46,687 bases of DNA from Betaproteobacteria bacterium. Lineage in GTDB: Bacteria > Pseudomonadota > Gammaproteobacteria > Burkholderiales > Burkholderiaceae_C. The position numbers were made by a program, and so were the translations under genes. Within the stretch, counting starts at the first letter, position 1. Every line of letters begins with the position of its first letter. The notes below the pieces were generated by a model. It searched no databases, was not told the DNA's origin, and was given only the letters and a program-made list of their open reading frames with translations. Where the stretch lies: assembly GCA_031394235.1 (NCBI GenBank), contig JANMXG010000398.1:1-46687 (forward strand). The letters run 5' to 3'. Shown here piece after piece: positions 36,582 to 46,331 of the stretch.

Positions 36582-37964
36582 ATGATCAGGTTGTTTAACC
36601 ACTATTTCCACGAATGGACGCTGCGCAGGATCTTTTTTGATTTCCTGCTCTCGCTGTTGGCGCTGGCCGGCGTGATCCTGGTCCAGGCCGAGAGTCTTCG
36701 TCTGGCAGTGCCCATGGCCGGTGTGCAGGTTTTCACCCTCGCGACCGGCATTTTTGTCATCAACAGTGCGTCAGGGCTCTACCAGCGGGCGCAGCACTGG
36801 TCCTTGGGCGAGTCGACCTTGCGGGCCGCTTTGGCCATCGGCCTGGGTCTGCTGCTGGCCTACCAAATTCTCAGCCTGCTTCCGGTGGGCTTTGGCAATA
36901 TCGACGCGATCCGCACATCGGCGATGCTGGTCATCACCGCGCTGATCTTGCGGCGGGTGGTCATGGGTTATTGGGCCACCCAATCCCGGGCTGGGTCCCG
37001 CGTGCTGGTTTTTGGCGCCGGCCCGGCCGCCCAGATGGTGGGCACCACGCTGCGTGCCGCCGACCCGCTGGCCACCATCGTGGGCTATTTTCCGGGGCCC
37101 AACGAGAAACAACCCACCGTGCCCGAGACCGAGCGCCTGTCGGTCGAGTTGTCCCTCACGCAGACCGCTCAGCGCCTGGGTGTTGACGAGATCATCGTGG
37201 CACTGACCGAGCGCCGCTCAGGCAGCATGCCCTTGCGGGAGTTGCTGGACTGCAAGCTCGCGGGTGTCAGGGTGTTCGACATCACCACCTACTTCGAGCG
37301 CATGCTCGGCCAGATCCGCGTTGATTTTGTGAACGCCGGCTGGCTGATCTTTGGCGACGGTTTCAACCAGGGCTTTTACCGCACCGCGGTCAAGCGGGTG
37401 TTCGACATCGTGTGCTCAATGGTGCTGATCCTGCTGGCCGCGCCGATCATGGTGTTCACGGCGATCGCCATCAAGTTCGAGAGCCAGGGCCCGGTCTTCT
37501 ACCGCCAGGAGCGGGTCGGCGCCAACAACAAGACCTTCAAGGTCAGCAAGTTCCGCAGCATGGGCACCGACGCTGAAAAAGATGGCAAGCCGCGCTGGGC
37601 TGCGGCGCAGGACGACCGCGTCACCCGCGTCGGGCTGATCATCCGCCGCCTGCGCATTGACGAATTGCCACAGCTGTTCAATGTGTTGACGGGCGACATG
37701 AGCCTGGTCGGACCTCGTCCCGAGCGGCCGTTTTTTGTCGAGCAGCTGACCAACGAGATCCCCTATTACGCCGTGCGCCACAGCATCAAGCCGGGCGTGA
37801 CCGGCTGGGCCCAGGTGCGCTACCAGTACGGTTCGACGATTGAAGATTCCCAGGAAAAACTCCAGTACGACCTGTACTACGTCAAGAACCACAGCCTGTT
37901 TCTCGATTGTGTGATCCTGTTCGAGACCGTGGGCGTGGTGCTGACGGGCAAGGGCGCACGCTGA
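36582..37964 (+). CDS. PEP-CTERM/XrtA system sugar transferase (priming glycosyltransferase, TIGR03013-like)
   Basis: MIRLFNHY N-terminus, TM region, KRVFDI, KFRSM, RIDELPQLFNVLTGDMSLVGPRPERP, KPGVTGWAQV, YDLYYVKN. Confidence 0.93.
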   Translation: MIRLFNHYFHEWTLRRIFFDFLLSLLALAGVILVQAESLRLAVPMAGVQVFTLATGIFVINSASGLYQRAQHWSLGESTLRAALAIGLGLLLAYQILSLLPVGFGNIDAIRTSAMLVITALILRRVVMGYWATQSRAGSRVLVFGAGPAAQMVGTTLRAADPLATIVGYFPGPNEKQPTVPETERLSVELSLTQTAQRLGVDEIIVALTERRSGSMPLRELLDCKLAGVRVFDITTYFERMLGQIRVDFVNAGWLIFGDGFNQGFYRTAVKRVFDIVCSMVLILLAAPIMVFTAIAIKFESQGPVFYRQERVGANNKTFKVSKFRSMGTDAEKDGKPRWAAAQDDRVTRVGLIIRRLRIDELPQLFNVLTGDMSLVGPRPERPFFVEQLTNEIPYYAVRHSIKPGVTGWAQVRYQYGSTIEDSQEKLQYDLYYVKNHSLFLDCVILFETVGVVLTGKGAR

Positions 37965-38031
37965 GCACCGCAACGCGCGCTGCAAGCCTGATCGCATTGC
38001 CCGACGACCCCCTGGCATTGAGGGCTGCTTG

Positions 38032-40176
38032 ATGGCGGTTGAGTCGGATGTCCTGAACTTGCCCGACGGCTTGGCGGACGGTCTGGCTTGGGCCGGTTTC
38101 GGCGTGGTCTTTCTGGCCCACGCAGCCTACGCCGGTTACCTGCTCTACGCCGGCCTGCTGCGCCGGCCACTCGAGCGCGCTGCCTTGCCTTTTCTGGCCG
38201 CGGTGCTGGCCACGGCGGCCTGGGGATTGGCGGGTCTGATCGACCTCGGATCGAGCAAGGTCATCACCTGGCACCTGGCTACAGCTTTTGACCAATTGCG
38301 CTATGGCGCCTGGATTGCTTTCTTGCTGCTGCTGCTGCGGCCGATGGCGGACAGCCTGGCCTCGGGCCGTGCCCAGCTGGGTTTGGCCTGCCTGGGGATT
38401 CTGGCCTTGGCCGGCGTGTGCGCGCAGGTCTTGCTGGCCGTGTGGCCCGATCGCAGCGGGACGGGTCTGCCATTGCTGTTGGCCAGCCAGTTGGGGGGGG
38501 CCGTGCTGGGACTGCTGCTGGTCGAGCAGGTGTTCCGCAACCAGGCCGAGCAGTCACGCTGGGGTGCCAAGCCGTTGTGCCTGGCGCTGGGCTGCGTGTT
38601 CGTGTTCGATTTGTACCTGTTCTCGCAGGCGCTGATGTTTGGGCGCTTCGATGTCGACGCCCTCAGTGCCCGCAGCCTGGTCCATGCGGTCACGGTGCCA
38701 TTGCTGCTGGTGGCGTCGCGGCGCCACACCAAATGGCTGGCGCGGGTTCAGGTCTCCAAGTCGGCCGCGTTTTATTCGGCCTCGATGCTGTTGGTGGGGG
38801 TCTACCTGCTCTTCATCGCCGGCGCCGGCTACTACGTGCGGTTTTTCGGCGGCAGTTGGGGCGGTGCGCTGCAGGTGGCGCTGGCGTTCATTGCGCTGGT
38901 GCTGTTGACGGTGCTGATGCTGTCAGGCGCCCTGCGTGCCCGGCTGCGGGTCTTTCTGGGCAAGAACTTTTTCAGCTACCGCTACGACTACCGCCTGGAG
39001 TGGTTGAGGTTTACCGCGATGCTGTCGTCGCGCAGCACGCCGCAAGAGGTCAGTGGCCTGGTGGTGCGTGGCTTGGCCGACATGGTCGAATGTCCCGCCG
39101 GTGGCCTGTGGTTCAAGGCGCTGGGCGACCAGCAGTACGTGCAATCAGCCGCCTGGAATATGCCCCAGACGGCTGACAGCGAAGCCATTGATTCACCACT
39201 TTGCCGGTTCATGGCCGAGCGTGAATGGATCATCGACCTGGGCGCCGCGCGCCGCCGCAAAGGGCCCGCTGCCGAAACCCTGGTGGTGCCTGACTGGTTG
39301 TTGGCGATGCCCTCTGCCTGGCTGGTCGTGCCCTTGCTGGTGGCAGACGAACTGCTGGGCTTTGTGGTGCTGGCCCAACCGCGCACGCCGGTCGACCTGG
39401 ATTGGGAGGTGCGCGACCTGCTCAAGACCGCGGCGCGGCAGGCAGCGGGCTTTCTGGCGCAGATGCATGCCACCGAGGCGCTGCTGGAGGCCCGCAAGTT
39501 CGACGCCTTCAACCGCATGTCTGCCTTTGTCGTGCACGACCTGAAAAACATCATCACCCAGCTGTCATTGATGATGAAAAACGCCGAGCGGCACCAGGGC
39601 AATCCGGAGTTCCAGCAGGACATGCTGATCACCGTGGACAGCTCACTCGACAAGATGCGGCAGATGATGGTCCAGCTGCGCGAGGGTGAGCGGCCGGTCG
39701 GTGTGGCGTCTGGCGTCGAGCTTGCGCCCATACTGCAGCGCATCGCCGACGCCGCCCGACATCGCGGGCGGGGCATCGAGCTCGACATCGGCGACCGTGT
39801 TGCCACCCGTGGCCATGCCCAGCGGCTGGAGCGTGTGATCGGTCATGTTGTGCAGAATGCACTCGACGCCACCCCCGCGTCCGGCAAGGTTTGGGCGACA
39901 CTCCGGCAGACGTCCGGGCGTGTACTTGTCGAGATCGGTGACACCGGCGCCGGCATGAGCCCTGAATTCATCCAGACCCGCTTGTTCCGTCCCTTCAATT
40001 CGACCAAGAGCAGCGGCATGGGGATAGGGTCCTACGAGAGTTTTCAGTATGTCAAGGAACTGGGCGGGAGCATCGACGTGAAGAGTGAAGTTGGCCTGGG
40101 GTCGGTGGTGACACTGTTGTTGCCCTTGTTCGATCTGCGCACCGGCTCAGACCTGCGCGCACCGGGACCGGCATGA
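38032..40176 (+). CDS. prsK: PEP-CTERM system histidine kinase
   Basis: Multi-TM N-terminus, KNFFSYRYDYRLEW, GAF-like region, FVVHDLKN, QNALDAT, DTGAGM, GMGIG. Lies between the sugar transferase and prsR. Confidence 0.93.
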   Translation: MAVESDVLNLPDGLADGLAWAGFGVVFLAHAAYAGYLLYAGLLRRPLERAALPFLAAVLATAAWGLAGLIDLGSSKVITWHLATAFDQLRYGAWIAFLLLLLRPMADSLASGRAQLGLACLGILALAGVCAQVLLAVWPDRSGTGLPLLLASQLGGAVLGLLLVEQVFRNQAEQSRWGAKPLCLALGCVFVFDLYLFSQALMFGRFDVDALSARSLVHAVTVPLLLVASRRHTKWLARVQVSKSAAFYSASMLLVGVYLLFIAGAGYYVRFFGGSWGGALQVALAFIALVLLTVLMLSGALRARLRVFLGKNFFSYRYDYRLEWLRFTAMLSSRSTPQEVSGLVVRGLADMVECPAGGLWFKALGDQQYVQSAAWNMPQTADSEAIDSPLCRFMAEREWIIDLGAARRRKGPAAETLVVPDWLLAMPSAWLVVPLLVADELLGFVVLAQPRTPVDLDWEVRDLLKTAARQAAGFLAQMHATEALLEARKFDAFNRMSAFVVHDLKNIITQLSLMMKNAERHQGNPEFQQDMLITVDSSLDKMRQMMVQLREGERPVGVASGVELAPILQRIADAARHRGRGIELDIGDRVATRGHAQRLERVIGHVVQNALDATPASGKVWATLRQTSGRVLVEIGDTGAGMSPEFIQTRLFRPFNSTKSSGMGIGSYESFQYVKELGGSIDVKSEVGLGSVVTLLLPLFDLRTGSDLRAPGPA

Positions 40177-41546
40177 GCGCTGCCCAGTCTGCACCGTTGT
40201 TGATCGTCGAAGACGATCTGGCACTGCAAAAGCAGATCAAATGGTCGCTGGACCGGTTTGACTCCGTTACCGCCAGCGACCGCGAATCTGCGCTGGTGCA
40301 GTTCCGCCGCCACCAGCCGGCGGTCGTCACGATGGACCTGGGCCTGCCGCCCGACCCTGATTCGGTGAGCGAGGGGTTTCGGTTGCTGGAGCAACTGCTC
40401 GAGATTGACCCCCACGTCAAGGTGATCGTGCTCACAGGCCAAAACGACCAGGCCAATGCGCTGCGTGCGATCGCACTGGGCGCCTATGATTTTTTTGCCA
40501 AGCCGTTCGAGCCCGAATTGCTGGCGCTGACGATCGACCGGGCATACCGTCTTTTTGAGTTGCAGGCGGAAAATCGACGACTGCAGGCGTCGCACCAGCC
40601 CAATGCGCTGAGTGGGCTGATCACCCGGGATCCGCTGATGTTGCGGACCTGCCGGATCATTGAAAAGGTCGCCAGCAGCGATGCCACCGTGTTGTTGCTC
40701 GGTGAAAGCGGTACAGGCAAGGAGGTGCTGGCGCAAGGGCTTCATCAGGCCTCGAAGCGCACCGGCAAATTCGTGGCGATCAACTGCGCTGCGATTCCGG
40801 AGGCGCTGCTCGAAAGTGAACTCTTTGGCTATGAAAAGGGGGCCTTCACTGGGGCGAGCAAAACCACGATTGGCAAGATAGAAACGGCCAACGGTGGCAC
40901 GTTGATGCTTGATGAAATCGGCGATTTGCCGCACCCACTTCAAGCCAAACTGCTGAGATTTCTTCAAGAACGCAAGGTCGAACGGGTAGGCGGACGCCAG
41001 GAAATTACCGTCGATGTTCGGGTGGTTTGTGCCACCCATCAAAATCTCCAGGAATTGATCGGCGAACAGCGCTTTCGCGAGGATCTCTACTACCGGCTGG
41101 CCGAGATCGTGGTGGACATTCCGCCGTTGCGGCAGCGTCAGGGCGATCCCGTGCTGCTTGCGCATAATTTTCTGCGTCGCTTTTCACTCGACCAGCGGCG
41201 GGGCAATTTGTCCTTCACCGAGGACGCCATCGCCGCCATCGAGGCCCATCGGTGGACCGGCAACGTACGCGAGTTGCTCAACGTCATTCGGCGCGCCGTG
41301 ATCATGGGCGAGTCCAATCGGTTAAGTGCTTCAGATCTTGGCCTGTCAGCAACCGTGGGGTCAAAGGCGGAGGCCGACAGCCTTGGGTCCGATATTGATT
41401 TGCGTCGGGTGCGCGAAGCGGCTGAACGTCAGGCCATCCTGCTGGCCTTGGCCAGGACCGATGGCAACGTTGCCAAGGCTTCGGAAATGCTCGGCATCAG
41501 CCGCCCCACTTTGTATGATTTGATGAGCCGCCTGGCAATCAGGTAG
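40173..41546 (+). CDS. prsR: PEP-CTERM-box sigma54-dependent response regulator
   Basis: Receiver (VEDD, TMDLGLPP), AAA+ GESGTGKE and GAFTGA, Fis-type HTH LGISRPTLY. Confidence 0.95.
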   Translation: MSAAQSAPLLIVEDDLALQKQIKWSLDRFDSVTASDRESALVQFRRHQPAVVTMDLGLPPDPDSVSEGFRLLEQLLEIDPHVKVIVLTGQNDQANALRAIALGAYDFFAKPFEPELLALTIDRAYRLFELQAENRRLQASHQPNALSGLITRDPLMLRTCRIIEKVASSDATVLLLGESGTGKEVLAQGLHQASKRTGKFVAINCAAIPEALLESELFGYEKGAFTGASKTTIGKIETANGGTLMLDEIGDLPHPLQAKLLRFLQERKVERVGGRQEITVDVRVVCATHQNLQELIGEQRFREDLYYRLAEIVVDIPPLRQRQGDPVLLAHNFLRRFSLDQRRGNLSFTEDAIAAIEAHRWTGNVRELLNVIRRAVIMGESNRLSASDLGLSATVGSKAEADSLGSDIDLRRVREAAERQAILLALARTDGNVAKASEMLGISRPTLYDLMSRLAIR

Positions 41547-41577
41547 TTGATGTCGGAAATATTGATGGAGAACATGT

Positions 41578-44364
41578 TTGAAAGCACGTGAAAGCCTATG
41601 GGCCTTGACTGGGCTCACCGTGGCGGTTCAGCTGACTGGATGTTTTCGAGGTCCAAGTGAAAGTGAAGCACTCACCTCAGCAAAGTCCCACATAAGCCAG
41701 AAGGATTTCAAGTCTGCAGGTGTGGAATTAAAGTCCTTGCTGCAAACCAATGCCAACTCGGCAGAAGCGCGGTACTTGTTTGGCAAGACGTTGGTTGAAA
41801 TCGGTCAACCCAGTTTTGCGGAAGTTGAACTTCGAAAATCTCTGGAGTTAAATTATCCGGCCGGCGAGGTGGTTCCGCTTTTGGCCAGCGCCCTGCTGCA
41901 AACCGCGCAATACAAACGTGTGGTCGACGACTACGCGGCCACTGCCCTCAATCCGGCTGAATCTGCAGCGGCGCTGAGGACCAGTGTGGCGAAGGCGCTG
42001 AATGCGTTAAACCGAAAGGTTGAGGCAGAGGCGGCCCTTGCCGCGGCCTTGCGCGCCGTTCCGAATTACCCTGCAGCGCTGGTATTTGGCGCACAGATGA
42101 GGGCGGACACCGGCGACATCGAAGGTGCGATTCAGCGGCTCGACACCGTTCTCTCGAACGACCCCAAAAACGCCGAAGCTTGGCGCGCCAAAGGGGATGC
42201 GCTGTATTTTGGCAAAGGCGACAATGAAGGCGCGCTGACCAATTACCGCAAAGCGCTTGACGCCAATCCACGAGATCAGCAGGCGCTCACTGCAATGATA
42301 GCGGTACGACTTTCGCGCGGCGAAATTGACGAAGCTGAAAAGCAACTCAAACAGTTGCGGGTGCTCTACCCCGGTCATATGCTGGTGGCGATGTTTGATG
42401 CCGAACTGGCCTTTAGCCGCAAGCAATTTACCAAAGCCCGCGAGATACTGCAGACACTCCTCAGTTCGCAACCGACTAATTTGCGAGTATTGCAACTTGC
42501 TGGCGCGGCCGAGTTGGGAGCAAACACGCCGATTCAGGCAGTGGCCTACCTCGGGAAGGCCGTGAAGCTTTATCCGCAGGCGGTTCCAGTCCGACTTTTG
42601 CTCGCTCGCGCTTACCTGCAGAGTGGTCAGTACCAGAACGCACTTGGCACCTTGGCGCCCATCTTGGACCGGCCGGAGGTGCCGGCCTATGCGCTGTCAA
42701 CTGCTGGTGAGGCTTACCTTGGGCTGGGAGACGCTACCCGAGCACTTGGCATGTACGAACAAGCGGCCAAGGCCAGGCCGGATGACGCGAAACTCAAGAT
42801 CGGGCGAGCGCAGGCAATTTTGGCGACTGGCCAAGTTGAGATGGCGTTGTCTGAGTTTGCCCGCATCGCCGAAATTGACAAGGAAATAAATGCCGACATT
42901 GCGCTGATAGCGGAGCGCATCAAACGACAGGACTGGGTAAAAGCGAATCTGGCCATTGATTCACTTGAGCGCAAACGTCCCAAGAATGCCTTCACCGATC
43001 AGCTGCGCGGTGATGTTCAGGTGCGACAAGGCGATAATGTTGCGGCACGCAAAAGCTTTGAACGTGCGCTGAGCATTGACGGCAATTATTTCCCTGCTGT
43101 GCAGGGGCTGATTGCGCTTGACCTGATTGATTACCGGGCAGCCGCTGCGCATCAGCGGCTTAAGACTTTTCTGGATTCGCACAAAAATCATATCTCCGCC
43201 TTGTTGGCGATGGCCAAACTAGAGGTTTTGGTCGGCGCCGGCAGAGAGGATATTGTCAAGCGGATGAACGACGCCAAAGCGGCGGATCCGTCTGACTTGG
43301 CGCCGCGCATAGCACTGGCTGAGTATTACCTCAAGTTGGGTGCGGCGAAGCAGTCACTGGCCGAGTCGCGTGAAGCCGACGTCCTTGCACCCAACCGGCC
43401 CGACATCCTGGACTTGATGGGGCGCGCGCTATTGGGATCTGGTGACGACCAGCAAGCATTGCTGACATTTGGAAAATGGAGCGCGCTGCAACCCAAATCG
43501 CCACTGCCGCATGTCAGGATGGCCGAACTCGAAGCCAGCCGAAAGCGTTGGGACGCTGCGTTGGAGCAGTACAAGCGTGCCCAGGCGCTCAGCCCAGAAC
43601 TCGCGCCAGTGCAGCGTGCGATCGTCAAGACCTTGGCTGCGTCAGGCCGTGCCGACCGAGCGCTGTCCTTTGCCCGCGACGTGCAGGTCAAGCGGCCGGG
43701 TGATGCGATCGGCTATTCGCTTGAGGGGGATCTGGAGGCGCTGCGCGGGCGGTGGGACAGTGCGGTGCCTCGCTTTCGCACTGCAGTCAGTAAGCCCGAT
43801 GCAACATCTGACGACGCCGGCAAGCTTTACCTGGCACTTGTTGCGGCAGCTCAGTCGGACGCCGCAGAAGCGGCCGCGGACAGTTGGATCAAAGCGCATC
43901 CCCGCGATGGGGACTTTATATTCACACAGGGACAGCGCGCTCTGGTGAATAAGGATTTGACTGCTGCTGAGCGTCGCTTTCTGAACGTGTTGCAGGTGTT
44001 TCCCAGCAATGTGTCCGCGATGAACAACGTCGCGTGGATCATGGTTCAGCAGAAGCGAAGCGGCGCTGTCGAGATGGCGGAAAAAGCCGCCGCATTGGCA
44101 CCAGACTCGTCCGAAGTGTTGGACACGTTGGCGTTGGCGCTGGCTCAGGCGGGGCAGACAGACCGCGCCATCACAATTCAAAAGACGGCCATCAGCAAGG
44201 CGCCGTTCATGGTGCCCGCGTATCGTCTGGCGCTCGCCAAGCTCTATATACAAAGCGGCAACCAACGTGCGGCCTTGGTTGAACTGGAAGCGGTTGCGGC
44301 CTTGGGTGAGCGTTTTGGCGGGCACGCTGAAGTTGCAACGCTTATCCGGACACTGACGAAGTAA
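41578..44364 (+). CDS. prsT: PEP-CTERM system TPR lipoprotein
   Basis: TTG start 7 nt after GGAG; lipobox LTGC; TPR repeats; MNNVAW...DTLA; directly after prsR. Confidence 0.9.
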   Translation: MKARESLWALTGLTVAVQLTGCFRGPSESEALTSAKSHISQKDFKSAGVELKSLLQTNANSAEARYLFGKTLVEIGQPSFAEVELRKSLELNYPAGEVVPLLASALLQTAQYKRVVDDYAATALNPAESAAALRTSVAKALNALNRKVEAEAALAAALRAVPNYPAALVFGAQMRADTGDIEGAIQRLDTVLSNDPKNAEAWRAKGDALYFGKGDNEGALTNYRKALDANPRDQQALTAMIAVRLSRGEIDEAEKQLKQLRVLYPGHMLVAMFDAELAFSRKQFTKAREILQTLLSSQPTNLRVLQLAGAAELGANTPIQAVAYLGKAVKLYPQAVPVRLLLARAYLQSGQYQNALGTLAPILDRPEVPAYALSTAGEAYLGLGDATRALGMYEQAAKARPDDAKLKIGRAQAILATGQVEMALSEFARIAEIDKEINADIALIAERIKRQDWVKANLAIDSLERKRPKNAFTDQLRGDVQVRQGDNVAARKSFERALSIDGNYFPAVQGLIALDLIDYRAAAAHQRLKTFLDSHKNHISALLAMAKLEVLVGAGREDIVKRMNDAKAADPSDLAPRIALAEYYLKLGAAKQSLAESREADVLAPNRPDILDLMGRALLGSGDDQQALLTFGKWSALQPKSPLPHVRMAELEASRKRWDAALEQYKRAQALSPELAPVQRAIVKTLAASGRADRALSFARDVQVKRPGDAIGYSLEGDLEALRGRWDSAVPRFRTAVSKPDATSDDAGKLYLALVAAAQSDAAEAAADSWIKAHPRDGDFIFTQGQRALVNKDLTAAERRFLNVLQVFPSNVSAMNNVAWIMVQQKRSGAVEMAEKAAALAPDSSEVLDTLALALAQAGQTDRAITIQKTAISKAPFMVPAYRLALAKLYIQSGNQRAALVELEAVAALGERFGGHAEVATLIRTLTK

Positions 44365-44393
44365 TTCCTGAACTGGTTTGGCTGTTCAGCATG

Positions 44394-44428
44394 AAAAAAG
44401 CCCGCTGCCTTACGGCAGCGGGCTTTTT
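44394..44428. terminator. Bidirectional rho-independent terminator between convergent prsT and pepA
   Basis: AAAAAA-GCCCGCTGCC-TTAC-GGCAGCGGGC-TTTTT: perfect 10-bp stem with A and T tracts on either side. Confidence 0.93.
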
Positions 44429-44443
44429 GCCCATATGTGCTGC

Positions 44444-45220
44444 TTACTTGGCTTTGCGGCGGCTTGCGACGCCGAGGCCGACCAGCGCCAAGCCCACCAG
44501 AGCGATGCTGCCTGGCTCAGGGATTTTGGCAAAGATCACATCCAGCGAGCCGTCCAGCGTCAGTGTGCCTGCCGGAGTGAAACCGTTGAACTGACCTGAC
44601 TGCAGCGACAGGTCATAGAACGGGCTCGGCGATGTGAAGAAAGACGAACCCACACCGGTCAGACTGAACGTGGTGACTTGACCAAAGCTGCCGCAGTTGT
44701 TGCCCACGCTGCAGGTCACCTTGCCAGTGCCCGCGAGCGCTGATCCGGTAGCCAGCAAGAGGTCATCAGCGCCGCCGCCGGTCACACCCCAGAAAGCAGT
44801 TGAAGATTGGGCGGAGGCAGCGGTAAAAGTGGTATTCAGCGCCCTGTCAAGATACAGCTGCAGCGAACCGCTAGCGAGCGTGAAATTCCCGCTGGCAAAC
44901 GTGCCATTGCCCTGGAAAAACGCATACATGCCGTAGTCATTGCCTAGGCCAGTACCAAACGGTCCGCCGGCATTGAGTGGCGATGTGCCATCATTGGTGA
45001 CAAACTGGCCAGCGTTCCACTTGATGGAGACATCGAAGGTGCCGCCGCTGTTGAACGTGACGCGCTCAACGTAGTTGCCGGTGATCTTGTCGGCAACAAA
45101 CGGAGCCTTGCCAGGTGCGTAGACACCGGGCGTGACTGTGAAGTCAGGGAGGATGGCGGCGTTTGCGAAGCCGACCGACATCAACATTGCGGTTGCGGCT
45201 GCGAGGCGGGTGAATTTCAT
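44444..45220 (-). CDS. pepA: Flocculation-associated PEP-CTERM protein, PepA-like
   Basis: ATG at 45220 after AGGAG; signal peptide; FVADKITGNYVERVTF..WNAGQF resembles the PepA family (from recall, not a search); C-terminus IPEPGSIALVGLALVGLGVASRRKAK. Confidence 0.85.
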   Translation of the reverse strand: MKFTRLAAATAMLMSVGFANAAILPDFTVTPGVYAPGKAPFVADKITGNYVERVTFNSGGTFDVSIKWNAGQFVTNDGTSPLNAGGPFGTGLGNDYGMYAFFQGNGTFASGNFTLASGSLQLYLDRALNTTFTAASAQSSTAFWGVTGGGADDLLLATGSALAGTGKVTCSVGNNCGSFGQVTTFSLTGVGSSFFTSPSPFYDLSLQSGQFNGFTPAGTLTLDGSLDVIFAKIPEPGSIALVGLALVGLGVASRRKAK

Positions 45221-45274
45221 GGATGAACTCCTGTAGGTGGATTGGTCAGGAAAAGCGGCTCCTGTCCTTACGTA

Positions 45275-45290
45275 AGCAAACGGTGTGCCA
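45275..45290 (-). promoter_or_regulatory. Sigma54 (-24/-12) promoter of pepA
   Basis: Minus strand TGGCACACCGTTTGCT matches TGGCAC-N5-TTGCW. Confidence 0.9.
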
Positions 45291-45309
45291 GATGTTGGTT
45301 TCTGTTTCA

Positions 45310-45322
45310 AATCAACAGCTTG
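45310..45322. promoter_or_regulatory. IHF binding site
   Basis: AATCAACAGCTTG is an exact match to WATCAANNNNTTR, between enhancer and sigma54 promoter. Confidence 0.7.
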
Positions 45323-45353
45323 CGTGGACCATCGGTCAAGGCACAGGGCAGGC

Positions 45354-45370
45354 TGTAAAAAATCCCGACA
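45354..45370. promoter_or_regulatory. Putative PrsR enhancer (TGT-N11-ACA)
   Basis: TGTAAAAAATCCCGACA, 63 bp upstream of the -24 element; near-identical to 6799-6815. Confidence 0.8.
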
Positions 45371-45605
45371 ACGCGCTTGAAGCGCCATCACCACAGACTG
45401 TTGCGGATCGGCGATCTTTTAGGGTGGATGGGCGAATGCGTCGCCCAACGTTTCGGCGCGGACGCGAGTTGCGCGCTTCGCGGCGCTTGTTTTCACCCGG
45501 GGTGCACCTGCGCGGGCCGGGTCAGCCGGGCACCCCCCCGTCCAGGCAGCGCTACGCCACCCGCGGGGTCGGTGCACTGACCCTCCCCGGCCCGGCATGC
45601 AAATT

Positions 45606-46331
45606 CTAGATTGCCCGCTGAGCAGCCGGCAAACTGGGCGGTGTTGCGTTGAGTGGTTTACGGGCGATGATGTCGCAGCAATTTCCGGTTACAGCTTGGA
45701 ATGAAATTTCAAACCCGGCATCCACCAACAGTTGTCGAAAATGCGCCTCGTGGTAGGGCGTGAACAAAATCCCTTTCCGCACGCCCCAGTTATTGATCCG
45801 GGTAGCAATCTTTCCGAGCAGGCCTGAACTTCGAGGATAAAGCAGTACATTGGCCGCAAGCGTGCCGCCGGGCCGCAAAATGCGGTAGACGCCGCGCAAT
45901 GCGCCTGCCACGTCGGGAAAGCAGTGCACTGAATTTGCTATATTCGCGGTATCGAAGCTGCCTTCGGGGAAAGGCAGTTCGGCCGCATCGCCATGCTGGA
46001 AACTGATGTTCTTCTGTGCTTTGAACCGGTCAATCGCACCTGCCAGCATTGACTCGGCGTAGTCTACGCCGACAATATCGACATCAGGTAATTTGTTCCA
46101 ACGCCGCCAGCGCAATACGAGTTCAAGCAGCGTGCCAGTGCCGCAGGCCACTTCGATATGTCGGGGGCCAAAATTCGGTCCAAAAAATCGCAGTTGCTTC
46201 AACAGCGTGCTGTTGTAGGCAAAGGTCAGGATGAAGAAACCTCTCAAGTCATACCACCAGGGCTCAGACTTGTAGGCCAGCGCGATTTCTTCGCGGCTTT
46301 TGCCGCTGCTCGAAGACTTGCCTGATTCCAT
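45606..46331 (-). CDS. Class I SAM-dependent methyltransferase
   Basis: ATG at 46331 after AGGAG. Motif I IEVACGTG, GVDYAESML, GDAAELPFPEGSFD, RILRPGG. Confidence 0.9.
   Translation of the reverse strand: MESGKSSSSGKSREEIALAYKSEPWWYDLRGFFILTFAYNSTLLKQLRFFGPNFGPRHIEVACGTGTLLELVLRWRRWNKLPDVDIVGVDYAESMLAGAIDRFKAQKNISFQHGDAAELPFPEGSFDTANIANSVHCFPDVAGALRGVYRILRPGGTLAANVLLYPRSSGLLGKIATRINNWGVRKGILFTPYHEAHFRQLLVDAGFEISFQAVTGNCCDIIARKPLNATPPSLPAAQRAI

Noticed and set aside
38013-38028. TGGCATTGAGGGCTGC upstream of prsK as a sigma54 promoter
   Set aside because: GG-to-GC spacing is 11 rather than 10, and it overlaps the ribosome-binding site.
41551-41567. TGTCGGAAATATTGATG upstream of prsT as a PrsR box
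   Set aside because: Only one half-site, no terminal ACA, no sigma54 promoter, and too close to the start codon.
41574-41591. Mini-ORF MFEST overlapping the prsT start
   Set aside because: SD-ATG spacing is only 3 nt; the TTG at 41578 fits the SD better. No evidence of function.
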